From Amoebophrya sp. A120 (lineage: Eukaryota; Protista; Dinoflagellata), in contig CAJINV010000004.1 of NCBI GenBank assembly GCA_905178155.1, forward strand, positions 9,772,625 to 9,836,624: DNA of 64,000 nt, read 5' to 3'. A program made the position numbers and the translations under genes. The notes under the pieces are model-generated. The model did no database searches. It had not been told where the DNA came from and was given only the letters and a program-made list of their open reading frames with translations. This document shows positions 24,901 through 31,513 of this stretch, one piece after another. How positions within the stretch are numbered: the stretch's first letter is position 1; every line of letters begins with the position of its first letter.

Positions 24901-27900
24901 CCTTCCGCACTCGCTCCGTGCGTGTATCGGTTGCGGATAGAAGGACGAGTGGTAGCGGTTTTCGGATCCCATGTGGATGATTTCTTGGTGTTGGCGGACG
25001 GGTCTGTGCCAGGCATCATCGACGTGATCAAGTCCCGCATGAAGAAAGCATTCGCCAGTTTAGAGGACAGTAGTTTTGAGGAAATTACTTCCGAATGGAC
25101 GAACTTCACGGGGAAAAGTATCCGAATCGTTACGGTGGACGGCCACCAAGCGCTCGACCTGTCCATGCGCCGAAAGATCGACGAATTGGGTGAATTCGAA
25201 GCCGATGCAACAATAAATGGTGGTCGTGCAGATCCCGCAGCTCGCCTCTCACCAACGGAAGTAACCCGTCTTCGCGGCGTCCGCGGGAGTACGGGCTACG
25301 TCGCGGAGCGTCTTTGCGAGTTTCTATATTCGCAACGTGCTCTTGCTTCTGGACCCGACGAGCTGCGCACAATTGCAAATGCAAACAGAATAAACACGAT
25401 GGCGCAAGACATGAAGCGGGTCCGGGAACAGGACAAGGCCTTCGTGCGGTTGTGGTTAAATTTCTCGGACCCGTGTTTCCTGCTCATCACCGATGGCAGT
25501 TTTCAATCGAAGCCCGTAAAGAAGCAGAAATCGGGTGAGAAAGAAAAGCTGGGCCGCGGCATGGCGGAATACATGACCGCGGATGACCCACGACTGGCAG
25601 AAGCAAAGGAACTGCAGTTGCGTCCGATGACGGCGTTCATCTTGCTGGTGACCGACAAGCAGGAGCTCGCCGCGTCCATCAAAGAGACCAGACCGCTCCG
25701 GTCCTCGGTGCTGCACTGGGACTGCCACGTCCACGACACGGCCGTAGACGGGAGCTACGGCGCGGAAGCACTCGGTTACGACCGGGGAACGCAGCACACC
25801 GAGAGCGTAAAGCTCCGATTGGCTGAGATGGAGATGCCAACTCCGTACGGGATTTTGGCGGACGAAATGATAAAAGCAGCAGAAGGTTTCGAGCAACGCG
25901 ACTTCATCGACAACAGTTCGGTGATAGCACGCCTTCTGTCACGGTCTACTACAATGGAGCCGGGCCATTGTGTTTTTCGTGCTATAGCACGCGCCCGCCA
26001 GCTCCACCGAAAGACAAAGAGGAATTTGTTCCATATTTCGGATCCATCCAATTTGGTGGATTGTCTGACGAAGTGGTGGACAGCGGTCAACGACAAGAGG
26101 TGCCGACTCCGGGAGCTCATGAACGGAGCATGGGTGTGGCCGTCGGGACCCGGCGACCGCCGCGGGGATGCCGTCGGGGTACTAAGAAAGCTGGACAAAG
26201 AAGACGCACAGTGGAGCGGTAACGACGACGAGAAAGTGGCGCCAGCAGACACGGCGTGAGACGAGCGCAGCACCCCGGTCCGTGTTCATCATCCTTCCAG
26301 CACAACGCTTTTGTCTCTTTTTGTAATTTTTGAAAGTAGCAGTCTTGTAAAAGAAAAGCAGTAACAGTTTTGTTCGAAAAATAAAGAGTAAATGAACAAC
26401 GAAAAAGCCAGTACGCAGCACAGATCCAAAAGTAGTAAAGTAAGTTGAGAAAGAGGCACGACAACAGATCAAGAGCCTATCAATCAAGAGACATTTTCTA
26501 TTGATCTCTATGATGACACTAGCACTAGAGTGCTTTGATTCAGTTTTGCAACGCAGAAGTAACATTTCAGGTTTTGTTGACAGCAGACCACTCAGCAAGA
26601 AAGATTTCTGAGAATATATAAATTTTCTGTGACAGCGGAAACGAAACTCAACGAGAGTAAGACGAGAAAGCTAGATCCGACGACCCTTTAGCAGAGACGA
26701 GAACGAGCTCACATTTGTAAGATTTTTTATAGACAATTTTCCAATTTTCTGATTCCTTCGTCGCGGATATTTTTGAAAAAGTTAGAAAGACAAAACTTCC
26801 ATCAGTGTAAAGTGTAAATAAAGTTAGGAAGTAAGAGCGTGGAGCTAGTATTTGCGTACAAGCAAGACCAGCAGACGAGATGCCAGCCAGGAATCCGCTC
26901 ACCGAAAAGAAGGAGTGCCCGAAGTGTGGGTTGTTTCCTATGACCCACGTGTCGGACTGCGAGAAGCTCATGGAGCGCCGGCGGAAGAAACTCTATTTGG
27001 TTTTGGGACGGCTCGGCGGAAAGCGTGTTTCCGGGCCTGCTCCGCTAGTAATTCCGCGGACCTGGTTTTCGGCGTGCAACAGTATCAAGCGCCGGTACCT
27101 ACCCCACCTCCTCTGCGTCCCGACCTTCGAATTGGAATATCAGTACCAAGTGACCACTTTCCTGCCCATGGGTCGTTACCAACGAAGCGCGGCGTACGAA
27201 GAGCTGAGCGGAATGATGCTGGGGTACTGTGGAATGCTCCGGATGGATCAGCCGGAACTCTTCGCGGTGATCGAGGACATCACGTTGCACAAATCGCACA
27301 GCTACGCCGACTTCGCCAGGATGTGCGCGTGCGTGGTGCACCACATGCAAACTTTGTGTCCTGTCGGAGGGCGCTCGTTCATCAGGATGGAATTTTGCGA
27401 GGAAGAATTGACGCTGTTGGAGTTGCAGCGATTCTTTGTTTATTACGCGACTGTGGAGGATCGCCGCGAACTCAAGAACATGCTCGAGTACCCCGTGTGC
27501 GAGAAGTATTCGGAGGGCGCGGTCGACCTGCAGCATGCGACCAGTGGTAGCTACTTCATCCTCGCCGACGAGGAGTAGTCCGGAACGGAGAACGAAAAAG
27601 CAAGGATAAATAAGTGACACAATACTGAAGAAGAAATAGATTAGACTAGAACCAATACTCAAAGGCGGAGCACAGTCAACTCCTATACCCCGGGGAGCTG
27701 TTAATTCCACAACGGGAATTCGGTTTCGTATCGTGTGTTGACTGTGCTCGTAGAGCAACAAAGTAGTTATATCGTTAGATAGGGTCGTAGCTACGTGAAA
27801 AGGGTCTAGCTAATCTCATGATGACGCAAATCAGCCGAGGACTCTCCTGAACTAATTCTGCCTGTGCTTGGCTCAAGCCCTGTGCTTGTTGCCTTATCTG

Positions 27901-28577
27901 CTAGCACAGTGAGCCTTTTTGTTTGAGAGTGCGGCGCACTCTGTCGCTGGTGATGTTCCTGGTGTTCTCATGCGATGCACGATCCACAGATACGGAACCA
28001 TGTCGGTTTTCTGTTTCATCATGCAGAAGCTGCATTTAATATGCCAGCACTTGTGTTGCTGCTTAGTGAAGACGGCGCCCTTCAAATGAGAGGGGAGAGT
28101 TGTGCACTCTCATACGAGGTCCAAAACACCGGAGACTGGCAAGACGGGTGGTGCAAGGGTAAGGCCGCCGGAGAGGAGTGTCCGACCACGGCGGAGGAGA
28201 CCTGCGAGCTCGTCCAGTACGGCGCCGGAGGAGAGGGGCTCGCCCGCTTCACCCAGGAGGATGACCACCCCGAGTTTGGCACGGCTACCATCAATTGTAA
28301 CGGCAAGGTCGGCCAGTACGTGATCCTCGAGTGGCCCGGGGGGATTGCTGATGGTGTGTCGAAGAAACGATGTGGGCAGGTCAGCGAACTGAGGGTATTC
28401 GGTGCCGAGTACATCGAATCGCCCGAGAAGGAAGGCGAATCCGCGGCCAAAAGTGCCACGGTTGATGAGAGCGCCGCAACGACCAGGATCGCCAGGCCTT
28501 CCTTCATTTTCCTTGCGGCAACTACAATGGCGATGGTGCTGGCCACGAACTTCTGCGCTGTGTGGTTTGGTCTGTGA
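6934..28577 (+). CDS. F5/8 type C surface protein, copy 2. Exons ~6934-7890, 8041-8114, 8399-8483, 9920-10080, 11718-11824, 11987-12232, 28120-28577
   Basis: Paralogous to 3442-6176 with an internal duplication. Frame stays open through all predicted joins; start may be ATG 6961; expression unknown. Confidence 0.7.
7891..8040 (+). other. Probable GT-AG intron at an internal duplication junction
   Basis: cag|gtccga...aaatgcag|gct; 150 nt, in frame and stop-free, so retention cannot be excluded. Confidence 0.55.
8115..8393. mobile_element. Introner family B
   Basis: B TIRs; DR ggtct/gctct; frame restored. Confidence 0.85.
8484..9914. mobile_element. Degenerate family-B introner enlarged by a nested insertion
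   Basis: tatcccctgtgaacatgtctgggttcgg / ccaggcccaattaatatttgcaattcata; DR gcgag; frame restored. Confidence 0.85.
8655..9725. mobile_element. One-ended nested insertion flanked by a 44/48-bp imperfect duplication
   Basis: 8611-8654 is repeated at 9726-9773; right end ...tttcgata; internal tgcacggtt/aaccgtg repeats; no left TIR seen. Confidence 0.65.
10081..11712. mobile_element. Long introner, family E, with ~90-bp TIRs
   Basis: tatggtgggggcgag...cggacatctgagga pairs with tcctcagatgtccg...ctcgcccccaccata. Flanks gacgg/ttgcg no longer match, but removing the element + 5 nt restores the frame. Confidence 0.88.
10190..10550. repeat. Degenerate ACATTG / purine-pyrimidine alternating repeat array inside element E
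   Basis: About a dozen (A/G)CATTG units plus TGCA/GTAC/ACGT words. Confidence 0.7.
11825..11981. mobile_element. Introner family A
   Basis: A TIRs; DR tccgt/tctgt. Confidence 0.9.
12372..12691 (+). repeat. 5' LTR (320 bp)
   Basis: tgttaattcc...ctgtttca; 7 substitutions versus the 3' LTR. Confidence 0.95.
12693..12703 (+). promoter_or_regulatory. Primer binding site, probably initiator tRNA-Met
   Basis: TGGTAGCGGAG 1 nt after the LTR, resembling TGGTAGCAGAG/TGGTATCAGAG iMet PBSs. Confidence 0.75.
13484..14470 (+). CDS. Retroelement accessory ORF1 (328 aa) with C-terminal CCHC zinc knuckle
   Basis: Open frame; CWVCGEHGHRAAAC at 14330-14371; ATG choice inferred. Confidence 0.7.
   Translation: MSLIAPKRLRACEANLSGLISALDANDGKPALVCQLGDRYLVWRYCGHFDKSGPNARAVRFRLKTWIPESDLQRVSHHLWGGKTLCICRPLTGAFVCQIVKVPFHLGRYVSSLLETPGLGLDLEDHFGQEGPVLEEGKLVLYDSREPSPTTHYGDREALEAQFPFVNGQPPAGVYNLSRLFPGSLLLGHPKPFGTTVSADKDYLFYWNQEQQARVANSSFSPVLSLNSLTLYWQVTGYTPANTGASAYSGTQYTEDGVWNHTGLAGDPFIGNQRSSQRSGLRCWVCGEHGHRAAACPGANHEPEFEPSPTRERSREAIRFWSIEDARN
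14559..15215 (+). CDS. Retroelement accessory ORF2 (218 aa), unknown function
   Basis: Open frame with protein-like composition; no recognised motif. Confidence 0.5.
   Translation: MPSLPSISQNQVISVNKSDRNSISSSKRSYAEPGEKILSGATQKFLENFPNRVGIPTCVSDYLILKELHAQRETVNKELNKTAILPADAYSVPVQQLPEFERQDFSGESVNFTDARSFKLLPKPTTMQLRTTDPLCDVFLSVTKFGENLEEDLDLVWTLSQKPDSTVKRKWRVLGQAQLDLLRIHHDRPPTPSESSSVSFNAAWWRYGQHPGGNPSPK
15770..15901 (+). CDS. 43-aa hydrophobic (transmembrane-like) ORF in frame with the start of gag
   Basis: ALAYIILWKVIELIGLLFVGAFLLIIFALYLFW; TAG 15899, then the same frame continues to ATG 15929. Confidence 0.4.
   Translation: MNNCCSALAYIILWKVIELIGLLFVGAFLLIIFALYLFWCNEP
15929..17600 (+). CDS. gag: Gag N-terminal region (Gln/Asn-rich, coiled coil, acidic/Gly-Asn low complexity); frameshifts near 16064 and 16705
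   Basis: Successive overlapping frames; joins the capsid part once 17601-18370 is removed. Confidence 0.55.
17601..18364. mobile_element. TIR element (family F) inserted in gag
   Basis: tcaacgggatcggccccca / tggggcccgatcccgttga (1 mismatch, imperfect out to ~45 bp); DR ggaaaa; removal gives EAGK|IGLVMNADG; 11-bp tgtcgcacccg tandem at ~18003-18052. Confidence 0.85.
18371..19882 (+). CDS. gag: Gag capsid-like + nucleocapsid region; frameshift near 18535
   Basis: GPPKFN..WKMELE; knuckles CWGCGKVGHKKAEC and CTTCKSPSHDRDNC. Confidence 0.8.
19897..21360 (+). CDS. pol: Aspartic protease region of pol
   Basis: LLIDSGFS catalytic motif and NLIGLQFM; same frame as 21379-26259, separated by one TAA. 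Confidence 0.75.
   Translation: MAEVKSERPPTKSERFVKSVIDKKLIDRKRTTRPKEYHLCRRNPNPRSDKLDRDSYVKQPESICVKGKSAEQLQAIIQSVLVSLVDLKVMRASMKDITRLLIDSGFSRLLFMGVVALEEHHRYCLQHGIKLEFTIVPLDASTAGGSTKVLGIAEVIVALPHGCPVPAGLVHCIVVDDRDWAQPATNLIGLQFMKQFKLGIDPDKTTARRGTWSTSPEDFQLLMDIFEELTPSFLGDVRKQIEQGFATAASVMRAARKRTVSTYNVSFPHPDNTRTFPTLLESEVVGERPVATRIYSNSTSSSSFSVPANNSAPVERIAIGNSGRNQSGVDFDVAKVYACARIFVGATHAPKPQGADIRAKTRIIHDLDEIRDKISILNDFTNQSANVISSPLPLRGQTHRNIVAVFFFEQQVRGSERVQDRTGFGIPVVSRYTNNGKIKPWKRATESITALLGRRVASADSGKRVALQLRGRTLQFPAPKSIQSVFE
21379..26259 (+). CDS. pol: Pol: integrase - Cys-rich/acidic linker - reverse transcriptase - RNase H (copia type)
   Basis: IN-like LDTTF / LDPGSEN / DVEVSH; RT QYGLLDAA..F and HVDDFLV; RNase H ITDGSF, AEAL, IDNSS, NLVDCLTK. 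Confidence 0.9.
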   Translation: MRAQNIIKEMPECQDLFERSKRLLMKYRAGCALFTGNGRQGAVAVAELVGEQLRLRSEKRAARMSLVSLLAANGERPTSDGRVTRFGYGLVSPAQDMYDGKSVTMPFDPRRNLTRRQAEVYAYLRAMTMRHAGKLGVKLMTKLAKGKFRSIPLRDLRTAVGAAMRKSFSNVRHTTWPAERAVGSWSTIDITAVSMLDTTFVSGDMLTQPNTVAQLLRKISGDIWLDFIGPKWITLAECANYADGPAPVDGDGKLLPIGAKSKAESDELLALNAPKDQEKELSTGQPTSDAICKFVSENLDNIGRILILDPGSENISENLATLLLAAGIRVRIISGNSATAMADVEVSHLHLKTNLHAAMRRPLRRDLPLSVLLRLLAHARRERKVMPSYLEKGEEWRLAQKGDLPEDSAIRFWSLEDARISKIQRAENRIAARIAVLETFLDPELRKELALLCRRLTEDGRGPEAVIGDLVEWKTKGEKWAPGHLEQAPEGATIWGVLPLSATSAVQKIPKKKVQKVIDHELALALPDTVEMYMSDVPKLPQILAQIRHKGYFDRVDREENFGLVAKEDFTGARINERRLMPCVDCAEMRYVEKNFPGEVCRCVNLFPHVYCGDESDDKLCTAGMWLPEKRLRKDLKKTRPDFFYESKDEKTSRNEERLEQEKIKKTVKLDLQEASPKPKTTNEEDKLLQDDLCSSEEDGEKSDSEQEVAIEEKDDEDGLAADVDDNELREDENKEEAGNFLKEEDDFDDLDAPPGINLVDLSLDDFNAVMDILEVQSYNLKLESQQQGEKKFGGLNVLDHTKWDAGQSQVLGLPLNKPSMALREVVRKMKGDRAKCINVETSEWITVKNMLSDKPAKEGWAAPCNLIEGMTLVWEKHHAERLHPKNAASKNRTCVKYYLSEGVTDDGGYFFSSEMREQTVGAVRFEFYDSFGKEDGRAEHCVISDHHSGMTAAQRKRLRSARKMADVTPYSVLSELLRVVETKMALTKEIEGQMVTKKGKELPNVVKALKGDEELSGKQRLLLTSRFILDAKYLSEYYWQLKCRWAPGGHLQERPAEMAENASPTLSELGLRLTSVVAGKWKRTVGIVFDVPRVFQESREYTEQEMPRMKFPKVQGRFAEALDGALAIINQKHQLGICASSVLKIRVPQYGLLDAAYCFFKKAREEFVQQGTPPSALAPCVYRLRIEGRVVAVFGSHVDDFLVLADGSVPGIIDVIKSRMKKAFASLEDSSFEEITSEWTNFTGKSIRIVTVDGHQALDLSMRRKIDELGEFEADATINGGRADPAARLSPTEVTRLRGVRGSTGYVAERLCEFLYSQRALASGPDELRTIANANRINTMAQDMKRVREQDKAFVRLWLNFSDPCFLLITDGSFQSKPVKKQKSGEKEKLGRGMAEYMTADDPRLAEAKELQLRPMTAFILLVTDKQELAASIKETRPLRSSVLHWDCHVHDTAVDGSYGAEALGYDRGTQHTESVKLRLAEMEMPTPYGILADEMIKAAEGFEQRDFIDNSSVIARLLSRSTTMEPGHCVFRAIARARQLHRKTKRNLFHISDPSNLVDCLTKWWTAVNDKRCRLRELMNGAWVWPSGPGDRRGDAVGVLRKLDKEDAQWSGNDDEKVAPADTA
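26880..27578 (+). CDS. Accessory ORF in env position (232 aa), N-terminal CxxC..H..C
   Basis: Clean ATG-TAG ORF between pol and the 3' LTR; CPKCGLFPMTHVSDC; no obvious transmembrane segment. Confidence 0.7.
   Translation: MPARNPLTEKKECPKCGLFPMTHVSDCEKLMERRRKKLYLVLGRLGGKRVSGPAPLVIPRTWFSACNSIKRRYLPHLLCVPTFELEYQYQVTTFLPMGRYQRSAAYEELSGMMLGYCGMLRMDQPELFAVIEDITLHKSHSYADFARMCACVVHHMQTLCPVGGRSFIRMEFCEEELTLLELQRFFVYYATVEDRRELKNMLEYPVCEKYSEGAVDLQHATSGSYFILADEE
27699..28018 (+). repeat. 3' LTR (320 bp)
   Basis: Direct repeat of 12372-12691, preceded only by a short ggggag purine run. Confidence 0.95.
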
Positions 28578-28856
28578 TTGTGCAGCTTCACGACCGAAAA
28601 AATACTTGTTCGAATAAGGACGCAAAGAATCAATAAAGCATCTTTTACTTTTCAACAGCGAGAAACAGGACTACGTTTTAAATTTTTAGAACATCACTGC
28701 TTTGTAGCCTTCCCAACTTTTCAGTAGACTTTTAACTTTCAGCGTCAATCTTTTAACTTTTCAACAACTTCAGTAGCAAACAAAATAGTACTCCCCAATC
28801 ACTTTCGAACTTTTTATAAGAAAGAGCTTTTTCTCGTCCTCAGCAGCAGTTCCTTC

Positions 28857-29046
28857 TTGGCAGCTAAAAAGCCTCAACTTATCCCTGCTTGCCAAAAATA
28901 CTACGGGTAGTGTTTAATTAAGTTGATACTGATAGACTCACGCTAAGACTCAGAATTCACTCTTCGTTAGCATTTAGATTGGCAGCTAAAAAGCCTCAAC
29001 TTATCCCTGCTTGCAAAAAATACTACGGGTAGTGTTTAATTAAGTT
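28857..29046. repeat. 68-bp direct repeat (28857-28924, 28979-29046) with 54-bp spacer
   Basis: One mismatch between the copies. Confidence 0.9.
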
Positions 29047-30099
29047 AAATGCTTATCATTTTTCACCAGTGAAGAAGTGGAACACGAAACGCCTTTTGTA
29101 TGATGGAGACTGCTATATGTATAGTATACAAAAGTAAGTGCCCTGTTACCCTGTTACCCTTGCTTGTGTTCCATGTGTTGTTGCGTCCGGATGCGCAGGC
29201 GGAGACAGGTAAGGCAAAAAAAAATTAACTGTTTCTGTCATTTAACTTTTTTCTGGCATGACAAATTTGTATGACACCACCTGCAAGAAGTAGCAATAGC
29301 CTACTAAGCGAGCCTGAGCACCTAGTATAACTTTTTTCGTGCCAGCTCGTAAGATCGGGGTTGAGGATCAGTGTTGTTGTTGCGATTTTTGCGTTGATCA
29401 ACCGCGTAGGTCCCCTAAAGTGGGAAAAACCAAGATCCAAGCAGGTGGTGATAGCGGGTCGGTCAAAAAACAAAACCGCCAAGAGTCCTGCAAAAACTGC
29501 CCTCACTCACTCGCCGGGTGGATGCGCCGCCGAGGTCCGCGGATAGCTTAGTGAGAAAAAGAAATAACACTGGTAGTAGCTTAGTAAGAAGGAAAAAATA
29601 GAAGTCGCAAAAACTACTTATACTGTTTTTGTGCTAGAATAGCCGCGCCGCTGAACAACGGGAGACGGCCTGTCCGGTGAGTGAGTACGCCGCCAACTGC
29701 TCGCCGGGGCGCTGTGTGGAAGGGCAGCGCCGCCGCATGTCGAGCCGGGGAACTAGTTTGCTTTGGTCCTCCCTTTTATTTTTTAAGTTCCCCGTCATCT
29801 CAAATCCCCCTTAACTTGCCGCCTTACTCTTCATGAACATGGGGGAAGACATCAGCGCGTAGAACGGTTCGAACCAGACTCGGGCTACAAGGCAACAGCT
29901 AAACCATCCCTACGCCCTCCGGTCGACCTTGACGAAACTGACTACCAAACTCTCTGTGGATTTCTATCAGCTTGGCAGACACCTAGGGCCACGCCACCGC
30001 GCATTCCGAGGGTAGATCAGACGGACCACAGAAGGGCGTTGCGAGGTGGACAAAAACGGCATCACTCAAGCGGGGGAGCGGAAGCAGGGTCTTCGTTCA

Positions 30100-30623
30100 N
30101 NNNNNNNNNNNNNNNNNNNNNNNNNNNNNNNNNNNNNNNNNNNNNNNNNNNNNNNNNNNNNNNNNNNNNNNNNNNNNNNNNNNNNNNNNNNNNNNNNNNN
30201 NNNNNNNNNNNNNNNNNNNNNNNNNNNNNNNNNNNNNNNNNNNNNNNNNNNNNNNNNNNNNNNNNNNNNNNNNNNNNNNNNNNNNNNNNNNNNNNNNNNN
30301 NNNNNNNNNNNNNNNNNNNNNNNNNNNNNNNNNNNNNNNNNNNNNNNNNNNNNNNNNNNNNNNNNNNNNNNNNNNNNNNNNNNNNNNNNNNNNNNNNNNN
30401 NNNNNNNNNNNNNNNNNNNNNNNNNNNNNNNNNNNNNNNNNNNNNNNNNNNNNNNNNNNNNNNNNNNNNNNNNNNNNNNNNNNNNNNNNNNNNNNNNNNN
30501 NNNNNNNNNNNNNNNNNNNNNNNNNNNNNNNNNNNNNNNNNNNNNNNNNNNNNNNNNNNNNNNNNNNNNNNNNNNNNNNNNNNNNNNNNNNNNNNNNNNN
30601 NNNNNNNNNNNNNNNNNNNNNNN
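30100..30623. other. Assembly gap (N)
   Basis: Run of N. Confidence 1.
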
Positions 30624-30686
<63 letters not shown>

Positions 30687-30699
30687 TCTCTCTCTCTCT
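30624..30699. repeat. (CT)n microsatellite
   Basis: Direct reading; abuts the gap. Confidence 0.98.
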
Positions 30700-31513
30700 A
30701 AGGTTGGAGCCAAAGCAGCTCCACCAAGTTGTCCTCTTTTTGTTGAAGTAGCGCTAGACACATGTGAAGAAAGAACAACTTTCAAGCGGTTCCATGTGAC
30801 CACTCTCAACAAACACAACAGCATCTTTGCTGAATAATCTTCAGTATGAATGATTGCCAGTGCGCAGCGGCAGCTGCAGTCCTGTGCGGCCGGAAGAACG
30901 CAGGCCGGCGCAGCCAGGTGGTTGCGATTGAATGCCGCGCACTCTTCAGGATTAAGTTGTCGTTAGTACTATGTGTATGATCACAATAAAAATAAAGGAA
31001 TTTATTGAAAAAAATGCGATGTTTTTGCACTATCGTATCGAAATCTATAATTCGAGCCTGTCAACAAAAACGTCCCGTAGTTCGTCGCACTGCTATACTG
31101 GAATAAATGGCGGAGAAGTAGTGGTCTTCCACGAGCCGAGGGTTTCTGCTTTGTGATGCCACTAAGGATGAAATTATTTCACCGTGCACAGGAGGAGCGT
31201 CGCAGGAGCGAAGCACGAAGTGCAGCTTCAAGTAGTTGAGCGAAATGATGGTTGCGGAAACAACAGCATTACCAAAGTTGTTTTGACCCGGTCGTGATCT
31301 GAAGCAACTTATTCGTACTTCCGAGTGGCAATGCCTTTCCTCCAAAGTGCGTTGAATCGGCGTCAGAATTTATTTCCATCGAGTACTTCTGTGAACAAGG
31401 GCTTGAAGTAGACGATTACAACCTAGTTGTACAACTACAAGCAGTCCTGTCAATAGCGTGGTCGAGCACATATTAAGTAAGTATAATCTAAATCTTCTAT
31501 CTTCCTCACGACG

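Larger units (their letters stand above)
12372..28018 (+). mobile_element. Ty1/copia-type LTR retrotransposon, 15,647 bp, TSD TCAT
   Basis: Two 320-bp TG...CA LTRs, PBS, gag knuckles, PR-IN-RT-RH order. TCAT at 12368-12371 and 28019-28022; single TCAT at the empty paralogous site (~5459). Confidence 0.95.
12233..28114. mobile_element. Introner family C split by the LTR retrotransposon (halves 12233-12371 and 28023-28114)
   Basis: Both halves align to 5322-5548; DR tgagg/cgagg. Confidence 0.9.
2721..28590 (+). repeat. Tandem gene duplication: unit 1 ~2721-6179, unit 2 ~6180-28590 (inflated by insertions)
   Basis: Upstream sequences starting tcgtttttcgcacgaccacg at ~2721 and ~6180 align, as do all exons and two shared introns. 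Confidence 0.85.

Noticed and set aside
30039-30837. ORFs spanning 30039-30837
   Set aside because: Artefacts of the N gap and the CT microsatellite.
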